From positions 1-64,000 of the forward strand of contig PDIP01000042.1 in assembly GCA_002811645.1 (NCBI GenBank): DNA of 64,000 nt, written 5' to 3'. Position numbers and translations under genes: made by a program. Positions 1-10,400 of this stretch are shown piece by piece. Within the stretch, counting starts at the first letter, position 1. Every line of letters begins with the position of its first letter. The DNA comes from Corallochytrium limacisporum Hawaii (taxonomy: Eukaryota > Protista > Pluriformea). Under the pieces are notes generated by a model. It worked only from the letters and a program-made list of their open reading frames with translations, was not told the origin of the DNA and did no database searches.

Positions 1-20
1 AACCCTAACCCTAACCCTAA
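1..20. repeat. Telomeric repeat (CCCTAA)n / (TTAGGG)n, about 3.3 units
   Basis: Window starts AACCCTAACCCTAACCCTAA, with the C-rich strand on + as expected at a left chromosome end. Confidence 0.85.
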
Positions 21-791
21 CAGGAACTTAGGGCAGAGAACTACCCAGACATTCATGAAGAGGAACTTCGGGTCCAGAAGGAAGAAGAGGAGCTACACAA
101 CTTACAACAACGAGATCTGACACCAGAACAACAGGCCAACTTGAGAGTACAACTACAGATCGAAGCCGACCTCGAAGAGGAGCAGGGCAGCACATATGCT
201 GCCGTGCAGGAGGAAGCCAGGGCCGAAGACGAAAAGCCGGAACGAAGTGCCGTACAAACTCGTCGCGAAGGCAATCTACCTTACGTGCCCTCGACCTTCG
301 TTGAAACGGAGAACAAATCCCCTGACGATTTAGTTTACCGTAGATTGGCGTCCTCTTTCCCAGTTCTGTGCGAGGGTAAACCCTGTGCTGATGGCTCCTT
401 CGCTGTGGACACTGACAACAAGCCTGTAGCACAACCTCTGGTTGAGAAGAAGCGCAGAGCCAATCCGCAAGAACAATTTGCTGCGGCGCAGAAAGAAGTC
501 GATGAAGAAATCGCCCGCCAAGAAGCCGCGAAAGCTCTTGAGCAGCAGCTGGAAAACCAAGAAAAGAAAGCCTTCTATCGTCGGCAGCCTCTGGAAGGAA
601 ATGATGGGCCCGCTAACGGTGATGACACTTTTGTGCGGGTGAAGCTGCAGTCTGGCAATACTGAGCTTGCCCGCCGGGGCATCCCTGCGCCCATTGCCGA
701 GGAGATTGAGTCTGCAGAAGTCCCTGAGGCCGTCTATGAAGAGATCAAACATGCCGAGGCGTCCGGTTTTCCCAAGATTCCCGATTTGTAA
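21..791 (+). CDS. 5'-truncated acidic protein (about 256 aa visible) with repeated dibasic RR sites; no in-frame ATG
   Basis: The frame of ORF 141..791 stays open back to nt 21 (QELRAENYPDIHEEELRVQKEEEELHNLQQRDLTPEQQANLRVQLQ...), directly after the last telomeric TAA. It contains no Met and is E/Q/A-rich. Confidence 0.7.
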   Translation, partial: QELRAENYPDIHEEELRVQKEEEELHNLQQRDLTPEQQANLRVQLQIEADLEEEQGSTYAAVQEEARAEDEKPERSAVQTRREGNLPYVPSTFVETENKSPDDLVYRRLASSFPVLCEGKPCADGSFAVDTDNKPVAQPLVEKKRRANPQEQFAAAQKEVDEEIARQEAAKALEQQLENQEKKAFYRRQPLEGNDGPANGDDTFVRVKLQSGNTELARRGIPAPIAEEIESAEVPEAVYEEIKHAEASGFPKIPDL

Positions 792-932
792 TTACCTTTT
801 GCTCTGTTGAGCGGACGACCACAGGTCTGACCCGAAAGAGATGTCATCATAGAACCTCAACAAGTTGTTGTAGACTTCATAAACCTATATATAAGAGTGC
901 TAAAAAATAGAATCAAAAATGAGGGCGTTTGT

Positions 933-3047
933 TCAAAGTTTCGATTTCGGAAGCTTTGTGGACTCTTGTTTGATCTCACGACCAGCGACGTTATGTGCAG
1001 CGTACATGGCATCAATTTCGCGCTGGTACCGCGATTTGGCCGGTTGGCGTCGCAGTTTCATTGTCGGGGTCAGCACACACTTCCCTTCAGGTTCGACGGG
1101 CGTCCAAGGCTCCATCTCTACGTATACAGCACGTGGGATCTCAAAGCCCTTGAGACCATTGGCGCGGCCTATCTGATCAAATTCTTTGAGCAAGGCGTTA
1201 TGGATTTGCGGGCTATTGGGTTCTCCGGGGTTCACCCCGTTCTTCTTGCACCATGGAGCAAAGGTCTCTGGGTCGGCCACGCAAATGATTACCAGGAAGG
1301 GTTGGAAACTGTCACCGTAGACGAATGCCTGGCCCATGGCTGGGGACTTCAATAGGACGTTCTCTATCTTTTCTGCTGCTACGTATTCACCCTGGCTGAG
1401 TTTAAAAATATTTTTCTTTCGATCCACAATTTTAATGCCTCCATTCGGGTGCAGCTCGCCAACGTCTCCGGTGTGGATCCATCCGTCCGCATCAAGAGTC
1501 TCAGCAGTTTTCTCTGGCATTTTGTAGTAGCCCTTAAACAGACTGACGCCGCGGAAGCAAATCTCCCCACGAGGGTACGGCTTGTCCGTGCTCAGGTACT
1601 GCATCTCTGGGATGTCAACAAGCTTGCATTCCATCACAGCGGAGACACCCCCAACCAGGCCGGTGTTGTGGACGTCGGTCTTGACGGTCACAGTGCCTCC
1701 TGCAGAAGTCTCGGTCTGGCCGTAACCTTCGATCATGGGAGCACTAGTCACGCAACGGAAGAACTCAAGGACATGAGGCGCTAACGGAGCAGCTCCAGTG
1801 CTGCTGTATTCGATGCGGTCCAGTCCCAGCTGGCGTGCAATAGGTTTGAATACCAGTGGATCCCAGAAACTGTGCTCGTAGTAGCCATACTGCAGCCAGT
1901 ACCGCTTGGCGGCAAAGGCACGATCGAACAAAAACTTGGTCATGCCACCCTTGGCATTGATTTGGGCCATGACACTGTCGTATAGGCGATTCCATATCCT
2001 TGGCACCGACGGCAGCATGTGCGGGCGTAGCAACTGAATGTCCTCAAGCAGGCCCAGCGGGTCACCACGATAGAATCCTACAGCGGTTGAATTGGAGATA
2101 TGGTGTGCCAAGTTGCTCTGTTCATATATGTGCGCCATGGGCAGGTAGGAGAGATGGTATCGTTCACGTTCCCACGGTGGCTCTTCGTCGAACATCTTCG
2201 TTCGCAGGTACAAAGCGTATACATGAGCCATCATCCCCACATGTGCCAGGAGCACCCCCTTGGGCATGCCCGTGGTGCCGCTCGTGTAACACAGGAAAGC
2301 CATGGTATCCCCAGTGGAACGCGGGATGCGGCTTGGAACGCCATCCATGCGGGGAGCTGCTTCATAGACGTCTTCCATTGTGTAAACATTGAACACAGAG
2401 CAGTTGCGGCGTAAGGGCACACCATCCTCTTCCAGTTCAATGATGTTTTTTAGGGTTGGTACCTTGGTCACGTCCATATTCTCGAGGAGGTGGAAATTGT
2501 TTGTGCTAGCCAGCAATGTAGTCATGTTGGTCTGGCTAACTACGTACTCAATCGTATCGTTGCCCAACGTGTCATATAAGGGCACGACAGTGATATTAAA
2601 CTTAAAGCAGGCCATTTGTCCAATGAAGAATTCCATTCGATTCCTACAGTAGAAGCCCATCTTGCGAGGGATGATTTTGTCTTCCGGATCGGCCACTGGG
2701 CACAAATTTAGAGCCTCCAACCCCTTTGCAAAATCTTCCACTAATTGCCTGGTCTGGGCCCAGTTGATGAACTCGAAGGGTCCGTAGAATTCGGTGTTGC
2801 CACCCTTTGGGTAGCGACGACCGATACAGTCCCGTTCCGGAAACTGTGCTGCGGTGTTGCAGAAGGCCTCGTACAGAGTGCGGAGTTCCCTGCCGTCCTC
2901 AAGGATGTATCCACGGTTGTGCAGGCCATCCTTCTGATTTGGATGTCGCATGATTGCAGTCTCTCCCTCAGGCTTCTCCGTCACCGGTACCGAATATGTG
3001 TATAGCGGTACCTTTGTGGCAAAGATGCTGCCAATAGCAGATGCCAT
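933..3047 (-). CDS. Long-chain fatty acyl-CoA synthetase (ACSL/FAA family), probably peroxisomal
   Basis: YTSGTTGMPKG AMP-binding motif, EGYGQTET, GWIHTGDVG, DRKKNIFKLSQGEYVAAEKIEN; C-terminal PKSKL is a PTS1 signal. Confidence 0.95.
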   Translation of the reverse strand: MASAIGSIFATKVPLYTYSVPVTEKPEGETAIMRHPNQKDGLHNRGYILEDGRELRTLYEAFCNTAAQFPERDCIGRRYPKGGNTEFYGPFEFINWAQTRQLVEDFAKGLEALNLCPVADPEDKIIPRKMGFYCRNRMEFFIGQMACFKFNITVVPLYDTLGNDTIEYVVSQTNMTTLLASTNNFHLLENMDVTKVPTLKNIIELEEDGVPLRRNCSVFNVYTMEDVYEAAPRMDGVPSRIPRSTGDTMAFLCYTSGTTGMPKGVLLAHVGMMAHVYALYLRTKMFDEEPPWERERYHLSYLPMAHIYEQSNLAHHISNSTAVGFYRGDPLGLLEDIQLLRPHMLPSVPRIWNRLYDSVMAQINAKGGMTKFLFDRAFAAKRYWLQYGYYEHSFWDPLVFKPIARQLGLDRIEYSSTGAAPLAPHVLEFFRCVTSAPMIEGYGQTETSAGGTVTVKTDVHNTGLVGGVSAVMECKLVDIPEMQYLSTDKPYPRGEICFRGVSLFKGYYKMPEKTAETLDADGWIHTGDVGELHPNGGIKIVDRKKNIFKLSQGEYVAAEKIENVLLKSPAMGQAFVYGDSFQPFLVIICVADPETFAPWCKKNGVNPGEPNSPQIHNALLKEFDQIGRANGLKGFEIPRAVYVEMEPWTPVEPEGKCVLTPTMKLRRQPAKSRYQREIDAMYAAHNVAGREIKQESTKLPKSKL

Positions 3048-4393
3048 GGTGTTGTTCTGGTTTAATTCACTTCTCCAGCTGTAGATCCGGTGTCCTTTTG
3101 AGAAAGAATCTTACTCAAGGTGTCTTGAACTCGACGGAATGAGCTTTTGTACCCCTTCTACGAATTAAGTATCCATGCTGGGTCTGTGCATATCCTTGAC
3201 TAGCGCCAATTCTTCCTCACCCCATTCACATATAAGCACCCCACGTATGAAGTGACAGGTGAATTGGCGGTATAAACACTACTTGTCAGCCCGCAACCCG
3301 GGCATGCTCACTTACACACCACCAAAGATTAAATGCGTTTCAAACCCCTCCCGAGCTTCTGTGGCGTTTCCGGCACTCAATACACCACTCGCCCACACTG
3401 TTTTTCCAAGGCCCTCCTCCCGGAGTTCCCAGGATAGTTTCATCCGTCACCGGGTGTTTGTGTGGTTGGGGCTTGTTCATAATTGGATTGCGCACTGCCT
3501 CCTCTGCGCATCTGCTATCGCAAACACTGTGCTACGCAGACACCTACCATTTACAAGGACACTACAACAATGCAAGTCCAGAACTCGGCCTGTGCGGGTC
3601 CCAAGTTGCGCACACGAACCTCTGGGACTGATACGCCATGACAGGACTATACTGTTGGTACAATTTCCTCGTCCGCAGTGACTGTGATTAGTCATGGTGT
3701 TATGGTGATACCCTGTTAAGCGATGGTGCTGGTGCACCTTTCCTCTCATCCAACTGTCAGCTGACGACTGGGTATACGATCAGCCAAAACGGTTGGAGCA
3801 TTACGAACGACGTGCTACTATCGGTTAGAGTATTTCAAGGACAGCATTCTGTACCATGGTCGGTCCCTCAGTCAGATTGCGTAAGATAGTACCACGGACA
3901 CGATTGGAACGGACGGTTCGGCTGTTCTGCGCCGTACATACCGCGGGTCGTTGGGACGCTCTACCTTCCTTCCCCCCGGGGGCGGAGGGGCGGTGTGTAC
4001 CTAAACATAGGTCCTTGCTAGGACGAATTCTTGCGCTTGACCAATTGATTTGCTGCAGGCGTGTTGGTAATAGGAGACAGGGTGCAACCAGGCATATTGA
4101 GGAAAGAAGGGTGGGTGCCCTGGTTGGTTGAAGATATATTAATATACGGGCAGTTGAAGACACTCCAAAATGAGGCCCCTGTATTTGCGCGCGAAGTAAG
4201 CAAAATAGAAGTGACTTGGACCAGGACCCTCTTGAATCCTGTGCTGAAGACAGTCTTGTGTATGTCCCGCTCTTCTCTACTCTACATGGATTTACAGAAT
4301 GCCTATAAATTACTTATTGAACAAGACGGAAGGGATACTGTGGAACGTGATCCAGACACAGCTTCTTCCGGATACATAGAGCCAAGAGCAAAT

Positions 4394-4771
4394 ATGGCAA
4401 GGAACGACAAGACCTGGACGGGACGGGTAGACTCCAGTGTGAACACTTTGGAGCAGTCGCTCAAGGACGCCGTCGGTGAGCTCAACAAATGGGCGAGTGT
4501 TCTAGACGAAAAAGACTCCAAAGAATATGAAAAGCTGTGCCAGCAGATGGCCCAGATTGAATGTATGATTGAGAAGTATGTGGCAGAAGTGGACGATAAG
4601 ATTTCGGCTGAGGAAACCATGATGGACGAAACAAAAATGCTCGCCCAGGTAGCCTCCAAACAAATTAAACAATTGAAGGGCTTCGTTCAGGATACGGAAA
4701 GACAATTGGTACAGGTGCAAGCAGAGAAGGCTCAGCTTGAGGCTGCGATGAACATGGCGCCAATGGCATGA
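4394..4771 (+). CDS. Small coiled-coil protein of unknown function (start may be ATG 4262 or 4286)
   Basis: Helical E/K/Q/A-rich heptad pattern from MARNDKTW to the stop; the upstream part of ORF 4061 looks less protein-like. Confidence 0.6.
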   Translation: MARNDKTWTGRVDSSVNTLEQSLKDAVGELNKWASVLDEKDSKEYEKLCQQMAQIECMIEKYVAEVDDKISAEETMMDETKMLAQVASKQIKQLKGFVQDTERQLVQVQAEKAQLEAAMNMAPMA

Positions 4772-4858
4772 GGTCATCTTATAGTGTTCTTCAAATTATG
4801 GAATCTGGGCATATGTCTCTATATAGACTGTTATCCCCTCGACGTGACCAAGGATTCT

Positions 4859-6115
4859 TTACACTGCTTCCGCAGCAGCCCGTTTCAGGTATTCCAATGC
4901 CAAGTTCAGAGTGTCAATGTTCATAGAGGGCGGTAAAGACAATCGTAGGGTACGCTCAGCATGCTCAGAACGCACCTTGCACGCCGTCAGAATGGGACTG
5001 GCATTGGCCGCCGTATCCGAATGGCATGCAGCGCCTACACTGCAAATGATCTTTCCCTCCAGCCGCTCCACAAGCAGCTTATTACTAGAGATATGAGGAA
5101 AGCAAAGAGATGAAGTGTTGGGCAAACGCTCCTGGTTCTTGAAATGAGCAAAGCATGCCAGATTTGAATCGTTGGCTAGCTCGTCCTCCATGCGATTCCG
5201 CAGCTCCTGAATTGCACGCATTCTACCCTCCCTGCAGCGCACTACGGATTCTTCGAGAGCAGTCGCCAGTCCTACGGCCATTGCAACATTCTCCGTGCCA
5301 GACCGCAGACCTTTTTCCTGACCTCCTCCAAGGAACAGGGGTGGTAGAGGTGTCCTACCTGGATTGTCCATGTATAATGCCCCTGTGCTTGGGCCCCCGA
5401 ATTTGTGGCCTACAACACTCACAAAGTCAATGTTAATGGCCATAAAGTCAACTTTCCCGAGAATCTGCGCGGCATCTACAAAGAGCCAGGGAAATTTTAG
5501 GTCCGGAAACCTAGTGGTGGGACGGCCCTGGCTGGCGACCCGAAGGTCCGCCAGTCGGTCTGCTAGGCGGCCCACGGGCTGCAGCACGCCAGTCTCGTTG
5601 TTGGCTGCCATGCAGCAAACCAGAACAGTATTTGGTCGCAGAGCACTGATCATGTCATCCGCACTGAAGCACCCAGTATCGGCCTCCGTATCGACGTATG
5701 TCACTGTAATCTTTCCCTGTGAACGCATCTCTTCCAACAAATTGAGGGTGGCGTCATGTTCAATCCTCGTCGTTACAATGTTCGGTGTATCTTCCATCCC
5801 AGATTCGGCTGCCATTTGTATCGCACCATAAATTACCCAATTATTACATTCTGTGCCACCTGAGGTGAATATCAGGTCCGTTCCATACAACTCCCGATGT
5901 GCAGTGTCCGGACACAAAACATCAAGGATCTTATCTCGTGCACCCTCCAGTGCCTGCCGGGCCGCGACTCCATACTCATGCTTGCTCGAAGGATTGCCCC
6001 AACTTTTCTCCAAGGCTTCAGAGATTGCCTCACGAGCCTTTATACTAACTGGTGCTGTCGCATTGTAATCCATGTAGATTGGAGTCATTCCCGGGGGCTG
6101 GACAATTGGGCCCAT
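4859..6115 (-). CDS. SCLY: Selenocysteine lyase (class V PLP enzyme, NifS-like)
   Basis: YMDYNATAP, FTSGGTECNN, IEHDA, ANNETGVLQP, DAAQ, PLP lysine in VGHKFGGP, RSGTEN, catalytic SVGAACHS as in SCLY. First ATG is at 6115; the ORF track starts at a GTG at 6217. Confidence 0.85.
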   Translation of the reverse strand: MGPIVQPPGMTPIYMDYNATAPVSIKAREAISEALEKSWGNPSSKHEYGVAARQALEGARDKILDVLCPDTAHRELYGTDLIFTSGGTECNNWVIYGAIQMAAESGMEDTPNIVTTRIEHDATLNLLEEMRSQGKITVTYVDTEADTGCFSADDMISALRPNTVLVCCMAANNETGVLQPVGRLADRLADLRVASQGRPTTRFPDLKFPWLFVDAAQILGKVDFMAINIDFVSVVGHKFGGPSTGALYMDNPGRTPLPPLFLGGGQEKGLRSGTENVAMAVGLATALEESVVRCREGRMRAIQELRNRMEDELANDSNLACFAHFKNQERLPNTSSLCFPHISSNKLLVERLEGKIICSVGAACHSDTAANASPILTACKVRSEHAERTLRLSLPPSMNIDTLNLALEYLKRAAAEAV

Positions 6116-6343
6116 TGTCACGATAGTGTGTGCTCTTTGTTCTGGGGCTACTTTTCGTCTATCGTCATGACCTTCATGTTTCCATAGGTTCAGAAGCGAA
6201 TTCAAACTTAGATTCACGTACTGAGTACAAAAAAATTCACGAGTCTAAATACCAAAGCTCATTATCGAGATCAGACTTTGTCGCGTTCGCGTTGGGATCG
6301 CCGGGAGTGTTATCGCCTTACCACAGCGCTCGGTGAGGGTCTC

Positions 6344-6353
6344 GGCGGGAAAA
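6344..6353 (+). promoter_or_regulatory. E2F-like site GGCGGGAAAA in the SCLY/DPH3 divergent promoter
   Basis: Matches the TTTTCCCGCC E2F consensus; the same 10-mer occurs at 42901. Confidence 0.35.
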
Positions 6354-6743
6354 GAAAAACGCCGCATATTTAGGCCCCCACCCCGGGGAGCAGGGATACA
6401 GTGAATTAGGCCCCCTTTGGGGCCTGTACCGCTGGACCAAAAGGTGGGGGACGACGTCAGGTCTGTTTTCGGCCTCCGCGTGTGGGAGAGAGTTTCAGTG
6501 TGAGGACCTTTTTGCCATCTCCCCGATCCTCCCCATTGGAAACAATCGCCGGGATTCGAGACTGGATGCTTTCTGGCCCACTAATCAAATTGGTATTTCA
6601 TTGCTGAGGTACAGCAAAAAATAGCTTCCATGACATAAGATAACTAGTGTCCAACAGTGAAACCTTCAGAATCCGGTACTCATAACGAGCAGGCAAGAAA
6701 ACCGGGATATTTTAAATGGCCGCGGAATTCATCACTCATAGTC

Positions 6744-6989
6744 ATGTCCGTGTTTCATGACGAGGTAGAAATTGAGGACTTTGAGTTTGACGAGGAACTG
6801 CAAACCTTCTTCTACCCTTGCCCTTGTGGTGACAAGTTTCAGATCACTCTTGAGGAGCTCTACGATGGAGAAGATGTTGCACATTGTCCGTCCTGCTCTC
6901 TGATTGTAAGGGTAATCTTCGACGAAGAGGACCTCCCTGAACTTGAAGACGAAAGCGAGGGCGAAGAAGAGAGACCCGTTGCTGCCTGA
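6744..6989 (+). CDS. DPH3: Diphthamide biosynthesis protein 3 (CSL zinc finger, Kti11)
   Basis: [17 protein letters not shown]...[12 protein letters not shown]...[13 protein letters not shown]. Confidence 0.97.
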   Translation: MSVFHDEVEIEDFEFDEELQTFFYPCPCGDKFQITLEELYDGEDVAHCPSCSLIVRVIFDEEDLPELEDESEGEEERPVAA

Positions 6990-7461
6990 GAGTATATTTT
7001 TTGCACGTTGTCTTTCTTGTAGACTTAGCGCCGTCGTAGCAATATTTATCCATAAAGAATACGTATCAGTGGTCTGGCTCACATTCTTGAGACGGAGAGC
7101 GTTAAGGCCATTGCGGGACCGAAGGCCGTGTTTGCGGTTGAACATGTGGTTCTTGTGCCGCTGCTGACTAACAACCAAGCCGAACTGTACCAAGAAAATA
7201 TTACGGCCATGGCAGTGGCTAGTGGGGCAAAGGACCCGACTGCTGTAGTGGTTCCACGGCAAGGAGGATGGGGCGGGGGACAAGAATAATCCTCAGGAGA
7301 CGGGCCTACACCATGAGCTCGAAAGAACTCACCATCACTTGGTCTTTGCTAAATAAAGAAGAGTTTAAATCATTGGTTACAAAATCAACAATTTTTTAAT
7401 AGTTAATGTCCGTGTTGACTTTAATCAGAAATAGTCGCATTCGCTTGCAAGCATCGCTTCG

Positions 7462-10400
7462 TCAGGTGCCGGCCGTATACCGCTGATTGCGACGGTTGAT
7501 GTGGTCAACCACGTCAGCAAGCATAGAATAGTCAAATACCGACGACAAATACAGACCTGAGGCAATGGCAGAGGCCACTGTGACTAAATCCTCGCCGAAA
7601 TGCATGCCGGAAACACTGCCGTGGCCGTTGAGGGTGGCTGTGACCCCGCACAAGGCCAAACCACTAGGAACCAGGAGTAGCACACCTCCAATGCTGGGCA
7701 GGATGGCGGGCATGAGCGAGAACGTCCCGATCAAATTCGCCAGCACACCGACCGCCAGGCTGGCCACCACGATCACCACGAACGAGGATTTGGCAGTGGT
7801 CCAGAACAGAGGGATGAGGATTGCGGGTAGTCCGCCAAGGCTCATGAACAAAAGCTGGCGCGGGTGAGCTCCAACTAGAAGGTAGATAATCACTGCCACA
7901 GTGGGAAACGTGGCGAAATCCCAGTAGTGACTCACTCCCAAGCAAGAACCCTCATGATCCATATCACCATTGCCAACAAGACTGGCACCCAGCTGCAAAC
8001 CTGCACCAAGGAAGATGGCGGATAACAGGGACGCTCCCAGACGAACCATGCCATTGAGGATCTCTTGGCTGCTAATCTCAATGACACCCCAGGTCAGACC
8101 AACACTAGGCAAGAGCCAAATCAAAGGAGTAAAGATGACTGCCGACGAACACAGGCCGGCGTCCATGCGCAGCAGAAGGATCAGGTGCGCCACAACGGAC
8201 GTCGCAAACGCAGCGATGAGTTCGTAGGCAGCGTTCAGCCGACGATGCCGCGCACAAAACATTTCCAGGCCAGCAACGATCAGATTCAGTCCAGCCGCAT
8301 ATGAAGCCTCCTCCCAACCACCTCGGAAAAATAGTAAGCAGCCTGCAAATCCGAGAACGGCCTGCATCATGAAAATGAAAGGCTTTCTGAAGCGTGGTGG
8401 CTTCTCAATCACTGCGTCCAGGTCCACCATGGCTGCAAAGAGTCCCAGGGTGTCGTTACACGGATCTCCGTAATCCCCTTCCACTAGACCGTTGGCAATC
8501 TGGTCCACTAGTTGAAGTTTTTCGGCATGGAACCCGCTCCGTACTCGCAGAGTGACCATCTCTGTGTCCTTGCCAAGACCAAAACTGACAATGACCGTGG
8601 AAGACATGATGGCCATTTGCATGCTCACACCCAAGGCCTCGGCCACACGCTCCATGGTTGGACCCACGCGGGGCACAGGCAGGCCAAAGCTGAGAAAAGC
8701 AGTGAGCAACTTGAGCAGAAAATCTTCGGGGCGAATTACGGACGTTGGAATGTCACTCACATCAATCTTGTCAATGCCAAATTCATTACGCACGTATGCT
8801 CCGCGCACTTCGTTTGCCAGGTATGACACCTCGGCAGGGTCAATGACGATCTCTTCCTCTTCGGTCATAGCCGGTGGAATGGTTTCGCCGGGTCCTTTCG
8901 CCTCAGAGAGCGTCCGTGACACTCGCCGCCTTCTCTTGTGCAGCGGTCGGTCCCGCAATTGGTGCGTACCGAGATAGGCCGTGTCGGAAGCTTTGAGGTC
9001 CTCAAGCACGGGCCGAAGCTCACCGTCGTGGCCCAGCTGAGAGAGTGGTGACCGTGGGATGTGATCGTCGCCACTCCCACTCAAAGGCACGGAATCGGGG
9101 CTGGTTGCTCCGGCCAGGTCTCCACGGTTGCCCATCTCCGTGGGCCGCAACGCCCGCAGCGCCCAGAGTGCGAGGGCCTCTGCGGTTTCCTTCTCGCGGC
9201 TTGGGAAAGCCTGAGCAGTCTGCGCAGGTTTCAGTGGCTGTTGCCGTGGTACAACATTGGCGCCTAACGACGATGGACTCATGTGTACCTCCGTTTCCCG
9301 TGTTGGACTATAGCGCCGGCTGCTGCCCGTGTGCTTCGGCGTCGGTTGATCACTAGCGACATCTGCTTCGTCAATGGTAGCCATCTCGGTAATGTTTTCC
9401 GTTGAAGCGGAGACTATGTTGTGTAGCGCGGCCTGAGCAATCTGCTCCGAGGCCTTAGTTGGGGCTGCAGTGGCCCCAGCCACGCTAACCTGCGGTTGCT
9501 CATCGATCTGTCCAAGGATAGTGACCCGTGCACCCAGGCCAATCACACCCATCCCCGCTCCCATCAGGGACGATGACGGCCGTCCGGACGTAAGTTGGAG
9601 GTGGCTCGCCTGATCTTTGTCGACATATTTGCTGCGCCTGGGCAGTTGATGAGATCCGTATTGATTGTAAGACTGTAAATGTTGTACCGTCCGTGACGGG
9701 GAATAGCGCTGATCACTGCCTAGCACTCCTAGATTAGTGACCGAACCGGAGGTGCTGCTCATCCCTGTTGCAGTACTCCTTCTGCCGTCGTTCCATGGCT
9801 TCGGTTCTGCGACGGAAGCATGACCGGTCGCCGTTGTAGTAGCATGGTCTGGCTGCGGCGGCAGAGGAGGAAACTGTGAATACTGTGTTAGAACGTTGCG
9901 GGGACCGGGCATGGGTAGATTCTGGCCAGCAATCGTGCCAAGTATAGGATTTTGCCTAACGGTTTCGACGAGGCGTCTGAAGCTTAGCCCCGTGTCCTGT
10001 CGCTCATGGGCCGAGGACCGGTGCTCTCGATGGACGCTAGCGAGGTCGGCGCAAGTGTTCCGGTGGTGGCGTCCGCTGCCGCTGCCACCGTGGCCGTGAC
10101 TGGCTTTATGTCCTCCCGATGCTAGTCCTGAACTGCCAGTTGTCTTACGCAACAGGGGTTCATTTTCGTTGACGTCAAAGGTAGCGTCGGGCGTGACTGC
10201 GTGAGGACTATCCCGACCAACGCTCACGTGACCTGCGCTAACGCTCGACGCCCGCTGCGAGTCATGCCCTACGCCAAAGTCTTCGACGGACACGGACCCT
10301 CGCGTGGCGGTAGGCATCACGGTACCTTCTTCCACAGTCTCCAGTGAGGCAGTGCCTCCACCCGCGGCCGTCAGGGCATTCGCAATCCCAGACCGCGTGG

